A stretch of DNA of 64,000 bases. It comes from the human T2T-CHM13v2.0 reference genome, Homo sapiens. The DNA is taken from NCBI RefSeq assembly GCF_009914755.1, contig NC_060931.1. One strand, given 5' to 3'. The position numbers and the translations under genes are program-made. Below, in pieces: positions 61,701 to 64,000 of the stretch. The notes under the pieces are model-generated. The model had not been told where the DNA came from. It saw nothing but the letters and a program-made list of their open reading frames with translations, and made no database searches. The stretch's first letter is position 1; the number at the start of each line of letters is the position of its first letter.

Positions 61701-62234
61701 AAAGTCATCTATCAGCACTAATGACATCTCTATACATGTCTGGGCTTCAGATAGAAATAAACCTTGGGATCCCTGAGTAAGTTGCTCTCTCTGTCACTAA
61801 AAGACAGCCTTCTGAAAACTTACGTAAACTTGCAGCAGCTCTTACCTTCCTTTGGGACTTAGACTTGCCCAGAGGACCTCTGTCAGCACATTTACCACGG
61901 CATCTCCAAAGGGTCCATCATAGTGTGGTGTATACAATTAAGAATCATCTCATCATTAATGCGTGTACGAAATTCACTGTTACTTTTAGATTCTGGTGTA
62001 TCAACTAATGATTGCAGTTTGGCAATCTCAGGCCCATAACTCCCACCGACCCCCCAATTAATAAACTTAATCTTATCTCAAGCCCCCATTTCTGCTGATG
62101 GCAAAAATGCGATCTCATCATTTCCAAACAGATTCAATTACTTTAGACATTTCTCAGTTAGTCCAGGGAACCGTGTTTCGTCTTCCCCCTGGAGTTCTGC
62201 CCATATAAGGAGGTGAGTGAAGAGAGAAGCGTAA

Positions 62235-62649
<415 letters not shown>

Positions 62650-63629
62650 TAGCATCTGTTGTGCTGCAGAGGCCAGGTGTCCAACTATGAACTCCAGTCT
62701 GTATCATTCAGGCCACTCCCTGTGATGGCATCCTCTCCTTGTGGCCTCAGAGTCCCTTCTCCATCATCCCTCCTTCTGCTGCTTCTGCAACCCTCCTGGA
62801 GGAATGGGGGAAATGTAGGAAGTCTTCCGCCCTTTGGGTCTAAGGGAGACTCAGACTGGCGAGTGTCCTCTTCGTTGACACACGTCACTCACAGGCTGCT
62901 GCACGTTGTTGAAGCAGAGGGCTTCTCTGGGAAGCCTGGCCCCATTGGGATATTGACTTAAACCTATCTCAAGTTTCTCTTTGGTCCCCTCCCGTGGCTA
63001 TGCTGAGTCAGGGATGCAGCACAAGATCCCTTCTTGAAGATGCAGTGACTACTTCTTCTCCTTCCCTTATTGCTGGACTAATGTTAGCTCCTTTTAGGTG
63101 GAAACACTGGTTCTTCCTTCATCAAGGAATTTTCCCAGCTTTTTTGTTTATGGCATAAACTTCATGAACTGAGTCCTTACGTTTTTGGATCTGAATAGAC
63201 TCCCAAAAGGGCAGACCCTTGCTATTGAATTCTTTGACTTTCCAGTCTACTGTCACTGGCATAAATTTCAAGCATCTATTTTAGAAATCAAGAGCCACAA
63301 ATCTAACTTTTGTTCTCTGTGACTCACCTGTCCAAGAGTCACTAATGCTCAGCTCCAGAGACTAGTTATAATGGTGGAAGGATCATATGATGAAAATATA
63401 TTATCCCTAATTTAAACTAAATATTGTCTTCTTCTACCTGCCCCTGTATAAGGGAAGTCTGTAATCACAGGGGCTCTAAGAGGGTGAGAGTCAATGGAGC
63501 AGAGTAGCTCTGATGGCAAGTCAGGGAAGGGCAAATGTTGGATTGTCCTTTCAACAACTGATTCCTTTCAAAGAAGTTATTCCCAACTCTAAACATGTCA
63601 TCAGAATCCCCTGAGGTTTTTTCATTAAT

Positions 63630-64000
63630 TTCTTATTTAGACTCAGGGGCGCATGCACAGGTTTGTTACATGGGTATATTGCATGATGCTAAGGCTTGGG
63701 CTTCTACTGACCCTGTCACCCAAAGAGAGAACACAGTACCCAGAATGTAATTTTTCAACCCTGACCCCCTCCCTCCCTTCCTGCTTTTGGAGACCTCAGA
63801 GTTTATTGTGCCCATCTTTATGGCCATGTGTACCCAATCTTTAGCTCCAACTTATAAGTGAGAATATGTGATATTTGGTTTTCTGTTTATGTGTTCATTT
63901 ACTTAGGATAATGGCCTCTGGCTGCATCCATGTTGCTGCAAAGGACATGATTTTGTTCTTTCTTTTGGCTGTGTTGTATTCCATGGTATATACATACCAT
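63630..64000 (-). mobile_element. L1PA15/16-like 3' end, continues beyond window
   Basis: caggtttgttacatgggtatattgcatgatgc...gctccaacttataagtgagaatatg. Confidence 0.85.

Overview
Primate (most likely hominoid/human) genomic DNA made mostly of interspersed repeats. No host protein-coding exon, RNA gene or CRISPR array can be supported, and every long ORF in the track is LINE-1 or repeat-derived. There are three young L1PA copies: L1-C (1-2548, minus, 5' end only), L1-A (21438-27617, plus, full length with TSD) and L1-B (36190-40159, plus, 5'-truncated with TSD). They sit among old L1M, L2, Alu, LTR and DNA-transposon remnants. The main signal is that L1-A and L1-B are independent insertions, apparently of different subfamilies, yet share about a dozen non-consensus substitutions including the same ORF2 nonsense codon. 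This points to repeated local non-allelic gene conversion, with a possible trace in L1-C too. Other notable items: a 168-codon ORF0 read-through ending in an AATAAA, a 25-bp insert flanked by a 16-bp duplication, a ~57-bp L1 3'-end micro-insertion beside an AluY inside L1-B, a template-switch 22-bp perfect hairpin, and a four-level nested insertion. Subfamily names and 'consensus' states come from my recollection of Dfam/Repbase consensus sequences and need a RepeatMasker/alignment check.
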